64,000 nucleotides of DNA from Felis catus (GCF_018350175.1 NC_058368.1:56484001-56548000); one strand, 5' to 3'. Numbered from the stretch's first letter, positions 26,007 through 38,040 are shown. The notes: generated by a model not told the origin, from the letters alone. Made by a program: numbers and translations.

Positions 26007-28021
26007 ATATATATATACACATATATATATATATTTTTTTTTAATATGAAATTTATTGTCAAATTGGTTTCCATGCAACACCCAGTGCTCCTCCCAACAG
26101 ATGGCCTCCTTGCTACCCATCACCCTTCCTCCCCTTCCTCCCACTCCCCATCAACCCTCAGTTTATTCTCAGATTTTGAGTCTCTAATGGTTTGGCTCTT
26201 TCCCTCTCTAACTTTTTTTTTCCCTTCCCCTCCCCAATGGTCTTCTGTTAAGTTTCTCAGGATCCACATAAGAGTGAAAATATATGGTATCTGTCTTTCT
26301 CTTTATGACTTATTTCACTTAGCATAACACTCTCCAGTTCCATCCACGATGCTACAAAAGGCCAGATTTCATTCTTTCTCATTGCCAAGTAGTATTCCAT
26401 TGTGTATATAAACCACAATTTCTTTATCCATTCGTCAGTTGATGGACATTTAGGCTCTTTCCAGAATTTGGCTATTGTTGAAAATGTTGTTATAAACTTT
26501 GGGGTACAAGTGCCCCTATGCATCAGTACTCCTGTATCCCTTGGGTAAATTCCTAGCAGTGCTACTGCTGGGTCATAGGGTAGGTCTATTTTTAATTTTT
26601 TGAGGCACCTGCACACTGTTTTCCAGAGAGGCTGCACCAGTTTGCATTCCCACCAACAGTGCAAGAGGGTTCCCATTTCTCCACATCTTCTCCAGCATCT
26701 ATAGTCCCTGATTTGTTCATTTTAGCCACTCTGACTGGCCTGAGGTGGTATCTGAGTGTGGTTTTGATTTGTATTTCCCTGATGAGGAGTGACATTGAGC
26801 ATCTTTTCATGTGCCTGTTGGCCATCTGGATGTCTTCTTTAGAGAAGTGTCTATTCATGTTTTCTGCCCATTTCTTCACTGGATTATTTGTTTTTTGGTT
26901 GTGGAGTTTGATGAGTTCTTTATAGATTGTGGATACTAGACCTTTGTCCAGTATGTCATTTGCAAGTATCTTTCCCATTCCATTGGTTGCCTTTTAGTTT
27001 TGTTGATTGTTTCCTTTGCAGTACAGAAGATTTTTATCTTCATGAGATCCGAAGAGTTCATTTTGCTTTTAATTCCCTTGCCTTTGGGGATGTGTCAAGT
27101 AAGAAATTTCTGTGGCTGAGGTCAGAGAGGTTTTTTTCCTGCTTTCTCCTCTAGGGTTTTGATGGTTTCCTGTCCCACATTTGGGTTCTTTATTCATTTT
27201 CAGTTTATTTTTGTGAATTCTGTAAGAAACTGGTCTAGTTTCATTCTTCACGTTGCTGTCCAGTTTTCCCAGCACCACTTGCTGAAGAGACTGTCTTTAT
27301 TCCATTGTATATTCTTTCCTGCTTTGTCAAAGATTAGTTGGTCTTACTTTTGTGGGTCCAATTCTTGAGTCTCTATTCTATTCCTTTGGTCTCTGTGTCT
27401 GTTTTTGTGCCAGTAGCATGCTGTCTTGATGATGACAGCTTTGTAGTAGAGGTTGAAGTCTGGGATTGTGATGCTTCCCACTTTGGTCTTCTTCTTCAAT
27501 ATTACTTTGGCTACTCAGAGTCTTTTGTGGTTCCATACAAATTTTAGGATTAGTTGTTCTAGCTTCAAGAAGAATGCTGGTGCAATTTTGATTGGGATTG
27601 CATTGAATGTGTAATAGCTTTGGGTAGTATTGACATTTTAACAATATTTATTTTTCCAATCCATGAGCACGGAATGTTTTTCCATTTCTCTGTATCTTCT
27701 TCAATTTCCTTCATAAGCTTTCTATAGTTTTCAGCATACAGATCTTTTACACTTTTGGTTAGGTTTCTTCCTAGGTATTTTTTGCTTCTTGGTGCAGTTG
27801 TGAATGGGATCAGTTTGTTTATTTGTCTTTCTGTTGCTTCATTATTAGTGTATAAGAATGCAACTGATTTCTGTACATTAATTTTGTATCCTGCGACTTT
27901 GCTGAATTCCTGTATCAGTTCTAGCAGACTTTTGGTGGAGAATGTTGGTGTTTCCATGTATAATATCATGTCATCTGCAAAAAGTGAAAGGTTGACTTCA
28001 TCTTTGCCATTTTTGATGCCT
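25979..28021 (-). mobile_element. 5'-truncated felid L1 (RT C-terminal half to 3'UTR), frameshifted
   Basis: ORF2 peptides [26 protein letters not shown] tttgtactaaagtatat/tttgtactaaggtatat at 25962-25978 and 28022-28038. Confidence 0.97.
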
Positions 28022-28519
28022 TTTGTACTAAGGTATATTTATCATCACAATGTATTCTTTTTGAGGGAGACTTCTCAGAAAAGTTAGTCTATGAATTGTT
28101 AACAAGAGAGTAGCTTAACTTCACTAAGTTAGTGACTATTCAATAATTCACAAACATGCATTCATTTCTTTGGTAAATAGCACTGTGAACAATTCTGGAA
28201 ATATGAATAGTGGTTAAATGATGGGTAACTAAATGAATTTAACCTATAATGACAGAATATCTGATACAATGGTTGACATAATTATCTTTTCTGTGTGTGT
28301 GTGTATGTGTGTGTGTATACTTAGATTCATATAAATGCATATGAATATATCTTAAATTTGTATGATTTTTATATATTTGAATTTTGTTTCATATACATAA
28401 ACACACACAAACACACAAAGGGAAAATATATTAGTAACTGGATGGTATTTTCCGTGACTGAGATTTAATTGCAATGGAACTCACTATACATTGTCAGTTT
28501 TTTCAGTTATGTGTTTTCT

Positions 28520-28736
28520 TTTTTTAATTGTTAAGTATATGTATTTATTTTGAGAGAGAGGGAGAGAGAGGATGAGCAAGGGAGGGCAGAGAGAGGAGGA
28601 GAGGGAGAGGGAGAGGGAGAATCTCAAACAGGCTCCACACTGTCAGCACAGGGCTTGAACTCACAAACCCTGAGATCACAACCTGAGCCAAAACCAAGAG
28701 CTGGACACTCAACCAACTGAGCTACCCAGGTGTTCC
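28520..28736 (-). mobile_element. CAN-SINE
   Basis: Reverse-strand head and GA-rich body. Confidence 0.93.
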
Positions 28737-28821
28737 AGTTATTATTGCATTTTTAAAATTACTACTATTGTTTAACATTAATTTTGTTTTACATCACCAA
28801 AATATCATTATACTTACTTTA

Positions 28822-29046
28822 TTTTTTTTTATTTTTATTTTTTCAACGTTTATTTATTTTTGGGACAGAGAGAGACAGAGCATGAACGGGGGAGGGGCAG
28901 AGAGAGAGGGAGACACAGAATCGGAAACAGGCTCCAGGCTCTGAGCCATCAGCCCAGAGCCCGATGCGGGGCTCGAACTCAGGAACCGCGAGATCGTGAC
29001 CTGGCTGAAGTCGGACGCTTAACCGACTGCGCCACCCAGGCACCCC
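28822..29046 (-). mobile_element. Young felid CAN-SINE (SINEC_Fc-type)
   Basis: Perfect 17-bp TSD tcattatacttacttta at 28805-28821 and 29047-29063; CpG-rich. Confidence 0.98.
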
Positions 29047-30633
29047 TCATTATACTTACTTTAAGTAGGCATGAAATTCAGACTAAATAAGTTTTGAGAG
29101 TAGAACGTGTGTATATTATGAGTAATAGTGACAAAAATCCATGCTTATTTTAACTATAATTATATTAAAGACATTACTATGATAATGCCAGCTTCTAATG
29201 AAGGAAAAATCTTACAATACTCAGGAAATATGTTACTTTAGCTTCTGATCATTTGGTAACCAGATTTGTTTATCATAGTAAAACTGTCCAGCATCAAAAA
29301 TCACCCCTGGGTGAAGGATTAGCTAAAGTTAATCAGTGCGCCAGAGTGGCCTGGCTGTGGATATCAGCCCACTGGTAGGCAGATAATCATTTCTTTCCCA
29401 TCCTAAGGAGTAAATGCTGCTGTGCTGTCAAGAACCTGGAGTTCATTCTGATTTCCCGTTACCATATCAGAACATATTCTACCAATTTAGTCCTTTTGCT
29501 CATGGGCTGGATTGTACTTCTAACTGGGAGATTTAAAAATGAATTTTACTTACTCCATAAGATGAATAGCTTTAAAAAGTGACATATTAGTAGGAAAAAT
29601 CTGGCCTGACTATTGTTAACTTGTTTGCTATTTTCACAAAATGTGCAAATATGCTTATAATATATACTTCTGTGTACTTTCTTTGTAATATATTCAATAA
29701 ATAGAAGGAACATAGTTTGATATAGAAAATACAAGAGTTGTTAAATTCATGAGAAAGAGACAGAAGGACACTTACTCAGAGACTGTTGAAAAGAGGAGAT
29801 GAATATGGGCATCAAAATAACTCTCTGGAAAAATAACAATAGAAAAGACAATCTACACAGAGTGATGATAATCTTTAACAATTTTTTTTTCGTTCAACCT
29901 GATCAAATAACTTGAGAGTTTCAAGCATGTTGAACCACTGCACCAATGAATAAAACATCATTTTGTGTGGGAATGGTAAATCCCAGAGAGTTGGAAGGAA
30001 CTTAGCATAAACTTTAGGAATGACTGGCATTGAAGATTTCCCATGAAGAAATTATAAAAGCATTATCAGGTAATGATGGATACTCATAGCTCTAGAAGTA
30101 TTGCATTAGTAAATAAGTTTTCCAGTTTTAGATAAATGATAGAAACAGACAAATAGACAAACAGTTTCTGGTAAAACAAAGGGAATAAAATAAAAACTTC
30201 TGTTCCAGAAATGAGATAATCCTATCAGAATTATAAAAACAAATTAGTTAACATAATTGTGTATCAAAAATCAAATTACATGAGTAAATTAATCTAAGTA
30301 TGAAATGGCATGGGTGATATCTTATTGTTGATACAAGAACTGTTAGAGATATAATAATCTTTTGCTATATCATTCAGTTCTCCCATTTCACACAAATATA
30401 AACTGAATTACATAAAATTATATAGTATACATGAAAAATAACCCAAAAAAACATAGAATGTTTTATTCATATTCACTATGTACTATTACTTACTGACTTG
30501 TGGGGCCTTCTTCTGTGTTTACCTATGAGATCCAAATATTTCTATGACTCTTAATCGTTCCTGTGCATCCATGAGCCCTTGGAAGAACTTTATCTGAAGC
30601 AAGTTTTAAAAGATAAAACATAAAGCCTTTCTT

Positions 30634-30840
30634 AAAAAAATTAATGTTTATTTGCTTTTGAGAGAGAGACAGAGACACAGTGTGAGCAGGGGAGGAGCAG
30701 AGAGAGGAAGACACAGAATCTGAAGCTGGCTCCAGGGTCTGAGCTGTCAGCATAGTGCATGACGTGGGGGCTTGAACTCATAAACGCAAGATCATGGCCT
30801 GAGTTGACATCAAACACCTGACTGAGCCACTCAGGCACCC
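30634..30840 (-). mobile_element. CAN-SINE
   Basis: Canonical reverse-strand body. Confidence 0.94.
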
Positions 30841-30892
30841 AAACCCCTTAACTCACTCTAAATGGTAATAACTTGCAAGCACTGTTTCAGAA

Positions 30893-30895
<3 letters not shown>

Positions 30896-30943
<48 letters not shown>
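30896..30943. repeat. (TA)n microsatellite
   Basis: Seen directly. Confidence 0.96.
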
Positions 30944-30945
<2 letters not shown>

Positions 30946-30949
30946 CAAT

Positions 30950-33853
30950 TTGAAATGATAAGCAAAATAGACAAACCTTTTGCTAGACTCACCAAGAAAA
31001 CGAAAGACAAAAATTAATGAAATTATAAATAAAAGAGGAGACATTACAACTGATACCACACAAGTGCAAAGGATCATGAGACTGCTATGAACAATTATAT
31101 GCCAACAAACTGGACAACGTAGAAGAAATGGATAAACTCCTAGAATCATACAAACTACCAAGAATGAGTCATGAAAATTAGAAAATCTGAACAGACTGAT
31201 TACTAGTAAGGAGATTGAATCAATAATCAAAACCTCCCAACAAATAAAAGTCTAGGATGAGATGGCTTGCCTGGTGAATTCTACCCAACACTTAAAGAAG
31301 AATTAATACCAATCCTTCTTAAACTCTTCTGAAAAAAGAAAAAAAAAAAAGGGACCACTTCCAAACTCATTTTGCAAAGCCAGCATTACCCTTATACTAA
31401 AACTAGGCAAGGACACTACAAGAAAAGGAAATTACAGGCCAGTGTCCTTGAAGGATACAAATGCAAAGCACTCAACAAAATATTAGCAAACCACTATAAG
31501 CAATAAATTAAAGGATCATACACCGTGATCAAATGAGATTTATTCCAAAGATTCAAGAATTGTACAATGTCTGCAAATCAGTATATGTGATACACTGCTT
31601 TAACAAAATGAAGGGTAACAAGTATATAGTCATCTCAATGGATGCAGAAGAGCATTTGACAATATTCAACATCCACTCATGATGAAAACTCTCAACAAAC
31701 TACGTATAGAGAGAACAGACCTCAACACAATAAAGGGCATATAGGACAAGCTCTCAGTTAATATCATACTCAGTGGTAAAGAGCTGAGAACTTTTCCTCT
31801 AAGATCAGTAAGTAGACAAGGAATCCCCTTCTTGCCACTTTTATTTAACATAGTACTGGGGGTCATAACCATATAAATGAGGTAAGAAAATTTAAAAAAA
31901 TGGATAAACTCCTAGAATCATACAAACTACCAAGAATGAGTCATGAAAGTTAGAAAATATGAACAGACTGATTACTAGTAAGGAGATTGAATCGGTAATC
32001 AATTCAATCTCCCAACAAATAAAAGTCCAGGACGAGATGGAAAATATTTCCAGATTGGAAAATAAGAAATAAAACTATCTCCTTGCAGATTACATGTTAT
32101 TATTATATATAGAAATCCCTCAAAATTCCACCAAAAGACTGTTTTAACTAGAAAACAAATTAAGGATACACAATCAATATGCAAAATTTAGTTATGTTTA
32201 TATACACTAACAAACTATCAGAAGACAAATTAAAAAAAAAACACTCTTGTTTACAAATGCATCAAGAAGAATAAAATCTAAAAAAAAATCTAAAAAAAAA
32301 AAAAAAGAAGAAGAAAATCTTAGGAACAAATTTAACCAAGGAAATCAAAGACCTGTACCCTGAGAACTATACAGTACACTGATGAAATAAGTTGAAGAAA
32401 ACACAAATAAATGGAAAGATATTCTGTGCTCGTGGATTAGAAGAATTAATACTGTTAAAATGTCCATATAACACAAAGTCATGTACAGACTCAGTGTAAT
32501 CCTTGTCAAAATCCTGATGGCATTTTTCAAAGAAATGGAAAACAATTCTGTATGGAACCACAAAAGACTCCAAATAGCCAAAACAGTCCTGAGAAAGAGG
32601 AACAAAGCTAGAGGCGTCACACTCCCAGATTCCAAAATATATTACAAAGCTACGGTAATTTTAAAAGCATGGTATTGCATAACAACAGACATACAGACCA
32701 ATGAACAGAATAGAAAGCTCAGAAATAAACCCAGTCATACATGTCAATTTCCCACAAAGGAGCCAGGAATATGCAACAGGAAAATAAATATTGTTGGGAA
32801 AATTGGACCACTGCAAGCACAAGAATGAACCTCTGGCTTACTCCATACACAGAAACCAATTCAAAATAAAGACTGAAATTTAAGACCTGAAACTGTAAAA
32901 CTTCTAGAAGAAAACAGGTGTTAAACTCCTTGGCACAGATCTTGGCGGTGATTTTTGTTTGTTTGTTTGAACCCAAAAGGTAACAAAAACAAAAATAAAT
33001 GAGACTACATCAAAGTAAAAATTTCTGTTTGGCAAAGGACATCATCGATAAAATGAAAAGGCAGCCCATAAAATGGGAGGAAGTATTTGCAAATGATATA
33101 TCTGATAAGGGGTTAATATCCAAAATATATACAGAACTCACACAAATCAATATAAAAAAACCCTCCAAATAATCCATCTAAAAAGTGGGCAGAGAGACTG
33201 GATAGATATTTTACCAAAGAAGACATACAAATGGCTAAGAGATACATGAAAAGATGCTCAGCATCATTATCATCAGGGAAATACAAGTGGCTGTAATCAA
33301 AGAGACAAGAAATAACAGATGTTTGCAAGGATATGAAAAAAAGTGAACCCTTGTGCACTGTTGGTGGTAATGTAAATTGGTGCAACCATTCTGGAAAACA
33401 ATACACAGGTCCCCCAAAAAATTAAAAATAGGAATACTGTGTGATCCTCTAAGTCCGTGTCAGGGTGTACACCTAAAGGAAACAAAATCAGTATGTCCAA
33501 GAAACATCTTCACTCCTATGTTCACTGTTTACAATAGCTAAGTCATGGAAACACCCTGTGTGTCTATCAGTGGATGAATGCGTAAAAAAGATATGGCAAT
33601 ATACACAGTTTTTTATTCAGTCATAACAAAATAAGAAAAACCTAACATTTGCGACAACATGGATGGACCTTGAGGTCATTATGCTAACTGAAATCAGCCA
33701 GACAGAAAAAGACAAATACTGCATGGTCACGTATATATGGAATTTAAAGAAAATGTCAAACTCGTAGAAACAGAAAAGTCATAGTGAGGAGCTGGAGGTG
33801 AGAGAAAGGGAAAGGTTGGTAAAAAGGTACTTTCAGCTTTCAGATGAATAAGG
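30950..33853 (+). mobile_element. L1MA9-type element, 5' part (degraded ORF2 plus start of 3'UTR)
   Basis: ORF2 remnants (VWNHKRLQIAKTVLRKRNKARGVTLPD); 3'UTR breaks at agatgaataagg and resumes near 37739. Confidence 0.93.
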
Positions 33854-34429
33854 GGCAGTGGTAGCAGTCCCAAGGCAGGTGGAAACTCAAAACAGAACCC
33901 CAGATGAAAGTCAGTTAAAAAAGCACATTGGGAGAGGGAAAGGCTGAGCATGTTCAGGCCTGCCCAGAATCTGCACTAACCCAAATCCTTAGTCGCAGCA
34001 CAGAGCCCTCTTCACTGTGGGTCACTTCCTCCTAGTGTGCTTTGGGTGCCAAACCTAGCCCTACTGGGGTAAAGTACTGTCAAACCCCAGTCAGGGGTAA
34101 GAAAACTGGGTGGCCCTCAGGCATAGAACCTGTGCTCTGAAGAACAGGCTTGTAGAGTCTTTACTTCCATAGTTGGAGTGAAGAACCACCTAGGGTGGAG
34201 TTCTAAACCGGGCCCCTAGAGTAGATCCCCACCCAGACCCTTGGTCCTCCAGTCTCTGCCTCACCCTCAAGCCTACCAAGCCTACCAGAGCTGGCCCCTC
34301 TACCTGCAGGCTATGCCTGGGCCCTTCCCCATCCCTCCCTCTTCAGGACAGGGACCTGTCCTCTCTCTTTGTGGGACTAGCCCCACTTCACCCTCTCTGG
34401 CTTAGATGTCCAAGGACCAGCCTTACAGG

Positions 34430-35333
34430 AGAATTTATATACATTTATATAAGTGTTCCTCCCTCCAGGAAATGGAGCTAAAATTCTGTCCCACCCACTC
34501 TTTCCTTGGTTATGAGGTGAGCTTATGACTTGGTTATGACTTGTTTCCAAAGAGTATAATGTGGGAAGGTGGGGAGGAAGTAACTTTATAGTTTGTTGAC
34601 CTCAATGGGCCGCGGACCTGGGGTGGCAAAGGAACTGAGAAAAAGAGACACAGGGGACCCTGAGCTAATAGCCTGAGGTACCAAGGTTTATTGTACATCT
34701 TCTTATATACGTTTTTAGGAAAAACAGATCAGCAATGATTAACAGCAAAAGTTTAACAAAGCATGTCAGCAGTGTACATCTGATTTAACTATTGTACCTA
34801 TCTTGTGTACAAGAGCAGTCTTGCAGACACGTATGTTCCGGTAAGAATCTTTATAATAGAAGCAAAGACAAAGAAGGTATGCACTGTGCTATATACAGCT
34901 GGCTTCTTTTAAGCAAAATATCCCTATCTGCATACTAAAGAACAGACCACAGTTCCCAAGGGCAATTCACTCAAGTCCTTTCAGGTTATTTTTAAGCTTA
35001 GGATCTCTATCTCGAATTTTCTCAGAGCTCTTGGAACCTGAAGAAAATGCGCCTATGGTCATTGTAGTGTTCTGTTTCCCACAACACTTACTTTATAAAA
35101 TCCTGTAATAGTAAAAAAGGAATATTAGAGAAAAAAAAAACTAGAGAAATCCGAATAAAGTATGGTGCTTTGATAATATTATTGTTCCATTGTTGATTTC
35201 TTACTTGTAGCAAATGTACAATAGTAGTAAGTTGTTAATAAGGGGAATTTGATGACTGGTATGTAGGAATTCTCTGTACTACATTTGCAACTTTTCAGTA
35301 AATCTAAGACTTTTCAAAAAATAAAAGTTTATT
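34430..35333 (+). mobile_element. L1MC/MD-type 3'UTR relic interrupted by a solo LTR
   Basis: gacttgtttccaaagagtata...taactttatagt and gaattctctgtactacatttgcaacttttcagtaaatctaa blocks. Confidence 0.8.
34594..35083 (-). mobile_element. ERV solo LTR, ERV2/betaretrovirus-like
   Basis: Minus strand tgtgggaaac...ggtcaaca (TG...CA); gtatataag closely followed by aataaa; several CpGs retained; TSD degenerate. Confidence 0.72.
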
Positions 35334-35551
35334 GGGGCGCCTGGGTGGCGCAGTCGGTTGAGCGTCCGACTTCAGCCAGGTCACGATCTCGTGGTCAGGG
35401 AGTTCGAGCCCCGCGTCAGGCTCTGTGCTGATGGCTCGGAGCCTGGAGCCTGTTTCCGATTCTGTGTCTCCCTCTCTCTCTGCCCCTCCCCTGTTCATGC
35501 TCTGTCTCTCTCTGTCCCAAAAATAAATAAACGTTGAAAAAAAAATTAAAA
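35334..35551 (+). mobile_element. Young felid CAN-SINE (SINEC_Fc-type)
   Basis: TSD aaaaaataaaagtttatt at 35316-35333 and 35552-35569. Confidence 0.98.
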
Positions 35552-35584
35552 AAAAAATAAAAGTTTATTGAAAAGAAAAGGGAG

Positions 35585-35795
35585 ACAGGAAATAGATGGT
35601 TATAGATTTGGACTCGTTTCAGTGACGTCATCAAAATCAAGTCTCTCTCTGACTTTCCACAGTACTATGTTTTTTAACGGGGGTTGGCTTTTCATCTTTT
35701 AATTTGCTTCCTCATGGTCTCAAAATAGTTGTTGTAGCTCCAGCATTACGTTCTCAGAGAACTGCATTCAAAACAAGGAGAAAAAGGGCAGATGA
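35585..35795 (-). mobile_element. Old MLT1 (J/K/L-type) LTR fragment
   Basis: cagtgacgtcatcaaa...cctcatggtctcaaaatagttgttgtagctccagcattac block. Confidence 0.65.
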
Positions 35796-35854
35796 AATGG
35801 GTATTTAACATTTATGAGATAGGAAAATAATATATACTGCCACTTTCTAGGTGG

Positions 35855-36474
35855 TGTTAAAAATGATTAAAGAAAGCAATTTAGGTGATACAAACTTTAT
35901 TTAACACTTAATAAAGTGTGTAGCCTCAATTGGGAGAACTGCAAAATGGGATAGGAGTTAAGAAGCTTTTGAGGGGCGCCTGGGTGGCGCAGTCGGTTAA
36001 GCGTCCGACTTCAGCCAGGTCACGATCTCACGGTCCGTGAGTTCGAGCCCCGTGTCAGGCTCTGGGCTGATGGCTCGGAGCCTGGAGCCTGTTTCCGATT
36101 CTGCGTCTCCCTCTCTCTCTGCCCCTCCCCCGTTCATGCTCTGTCTCTCTCTGTCCCAAAAATAAATAAAAACGTTGAAAAAAAAATAAGAAGCTTTTGA
36201 GAGGGTAAATAATAAAGAACAAGGAAGAGAAAAATGTAAAATATCTGATAGACTGGGGTCACATAGTTAACGTTGTTTGGGGTGAGAAAAAAAAGAAGGA
36301 AATAAGTAGAGAGCTTAGAGTTGGCTTGGTATTTGGAAACTGGCTTCAAATATATTGCATTTCTGGTCAAGTGGAATGTTTGCAGGGATATGAAAGTTAT
36401 CTAAGTTTTAGTTTGCTGATGTGGCATCCCAGGTAGGAGTAGCTCCTTCTTGGGCCTGGAAAGTTATTCCAATA
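35855..36474 (-). mobile_element. ERV1-class solo LTR (family uncertain), interrupted by a SINE
   Basis: TG...TA ends; 4-bp TSD gtgg at 35851-35854 and 36475-36478; tttatt near the left end. Confidence 0.7.
35973..36186 (+). mobile_element. Young felid CAN-SINE (SINEC_Fc-type)
   Basis: TSD taagaagcttttga at 35959-35972 and 36187-36200. Confidence 0.98.
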
Positions 36475-36482
36475 GTGGGAAT

Positions 36483-36728
36483 TGACAAAGATTTTCACCT
36501 TGACCAAATTGTAGCCAGACTTTCCTGATCCTTCTTCTAGTATGGACCTCAACCTTGGCCTATAAAACTCACAGATTCAACATAAACTATTTCATCCATA
36601 CCCCTCCCAAGTTAAAAGATGTTAACATAGTTTCTTTTTTTTTAAGTTTATTTTGAGAGAGAGAGAGACAGCACACACGTGTGTGCACGCATGCACAAGT
36701 GGGGGGAAGGCAGTGAGAGAGAAAGAAG

Positions 36729-36772
<44 letters not shown>

Positions 36773-37423
36773 CCCAAGCAGGCTCCACGTTGACAGTGCA
36801 GAGCTGGGTGAAGGTCTCAAACTCACAAACTGTGAGATCATGACCTGAGCCAAAATCTAGAGTTGAGTGCTTAACTGAGCCACCTAGGTGCCCCTCTAAC
36901 ATAGTTTCTAGTAGCTCAAGGCAGCATCCCTAGAATGACCATAGCCTCCCTTACTTTCTTAAGGATGCCAAAAGAATCTACTATTTGTCCTAGCTGATGT
37001 CTGAGGATGGAGCTTTACCACCCTTTCTTGAACATTTACCAGAAAGGATTCCTTTCTCTGTCAATTTGAGATTTATATGTATCTTTGCAACTCAGGTGTG
37101 TCTTTCTCAAGGAACTGAGCCATAACTTTGAAATCATCATCAGAAATGATAGGGCCTCTGTCTCCAAGGCTCTGTGTAGCCCACACAGCTGGCCTAATTA
37201 GCATTTACACTTACATACCCTTTGTAATTTTTCACTTTCCTGACTCAAGCCCCTCTTCCCCCCTCACTACTCATTTATTCTCCCTTTAAAACACCCAGTC
37301 ACCTCTGTACCAACTGAGGTTGAGTTCAGTTCAAGCTAGACCCACTTCCCTATTGCAATGATATCTTACTGATTAAGATCTGTCCTTACACTAACTCATA
37401 CCTGGATTTATTTCTCTTTGACA
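36483..37423 (+). mobile_element. MER67/MER31-family ERV1 solo LTR, interrupted by a SINE
   Basis: tgacaaagattttcaccttgaccaaa...ttctctttgaca; perfect 4-bp TSD gaat. Confidence 0.85.
36636..36894 (-). mobile_element. CAN-SINE
   Basis: TSD taacatagtttct at 36623-36635 and 36897-36909. Confidence 0.95.
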
Positions 37424-37738
37424 GAATTAAATCAGTTGCATCGTGTTACATATCTACTAAGCAGCTCAACCACAATTTGATTCCAGAACTCAATGTCCGT
37501 GCTCCATCCTTTTAGGAAAGCTTGTTGAACATCCTAAACAAGCATAAACTATAAGAAGAAAAGCCAGAGTCAAGTGGAGTTATGTGGGGATAAATAATCA
37601 TGGGAGCAGGGGAAGACCTTAAAGCTTAAGAACTTATGATTTAGCAATACTGTTTTCCAATATCTTTTACTTTCATAGATATCATGAATCTGTATACTTT
37701 AAGACAAAAGTTAACTGCTTTGAACCAAAACAAACAAA

Positions 37739-37847
37739 ACATGTATAAGGTCTGAGGATCTAATATATAGCATAGTGACTGTAGTTGAAAACACTGTACT
37801 GTGTAATTGAAATTTGCCAAGAGAGTAGGACTTAAATATTTTCATCT

Positions 37848-37902
<55 letters not shown>

Positions 37903-38040
37903 TACACGGGAGGTGGTGGATGGATGTGTTAATTAGAAGGGAAGAATCCTTTCACAGAGTATACAAATATCATTGTGAAGTTCGCTTTAAATATCTTAAA
38001 ATGTTGTTTGTAATTATACCTCAGTAGAGCTGAAAAAATA
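37739..38040 (+). mobile_element. L1MA9-type element, 3' terminal part (continuation of 30950-33853), with (CA)n
   Basis: aaggtctgaggatctaat...gaaatttgccaagagagtag...taattatacctcagtagagctgaaaaaa. Confidence 0.9.

Noticed and set aside
29965..30010. IPESWKE peptide resembling a non-LTR reverse transcriptase
   Set aside because: Too short, flanks do not continue the motif, and the DNA equally resembles a MIR end.
7589..30593. A seven-exon phase-consistent minus-strand gene model assembled by hand
   Set aside because: Sites and frames were chosen post hoc, the model has an internal stop, and the F/I/L/K-rich product resembles translated AT-rich noise; not reported as a CDS.
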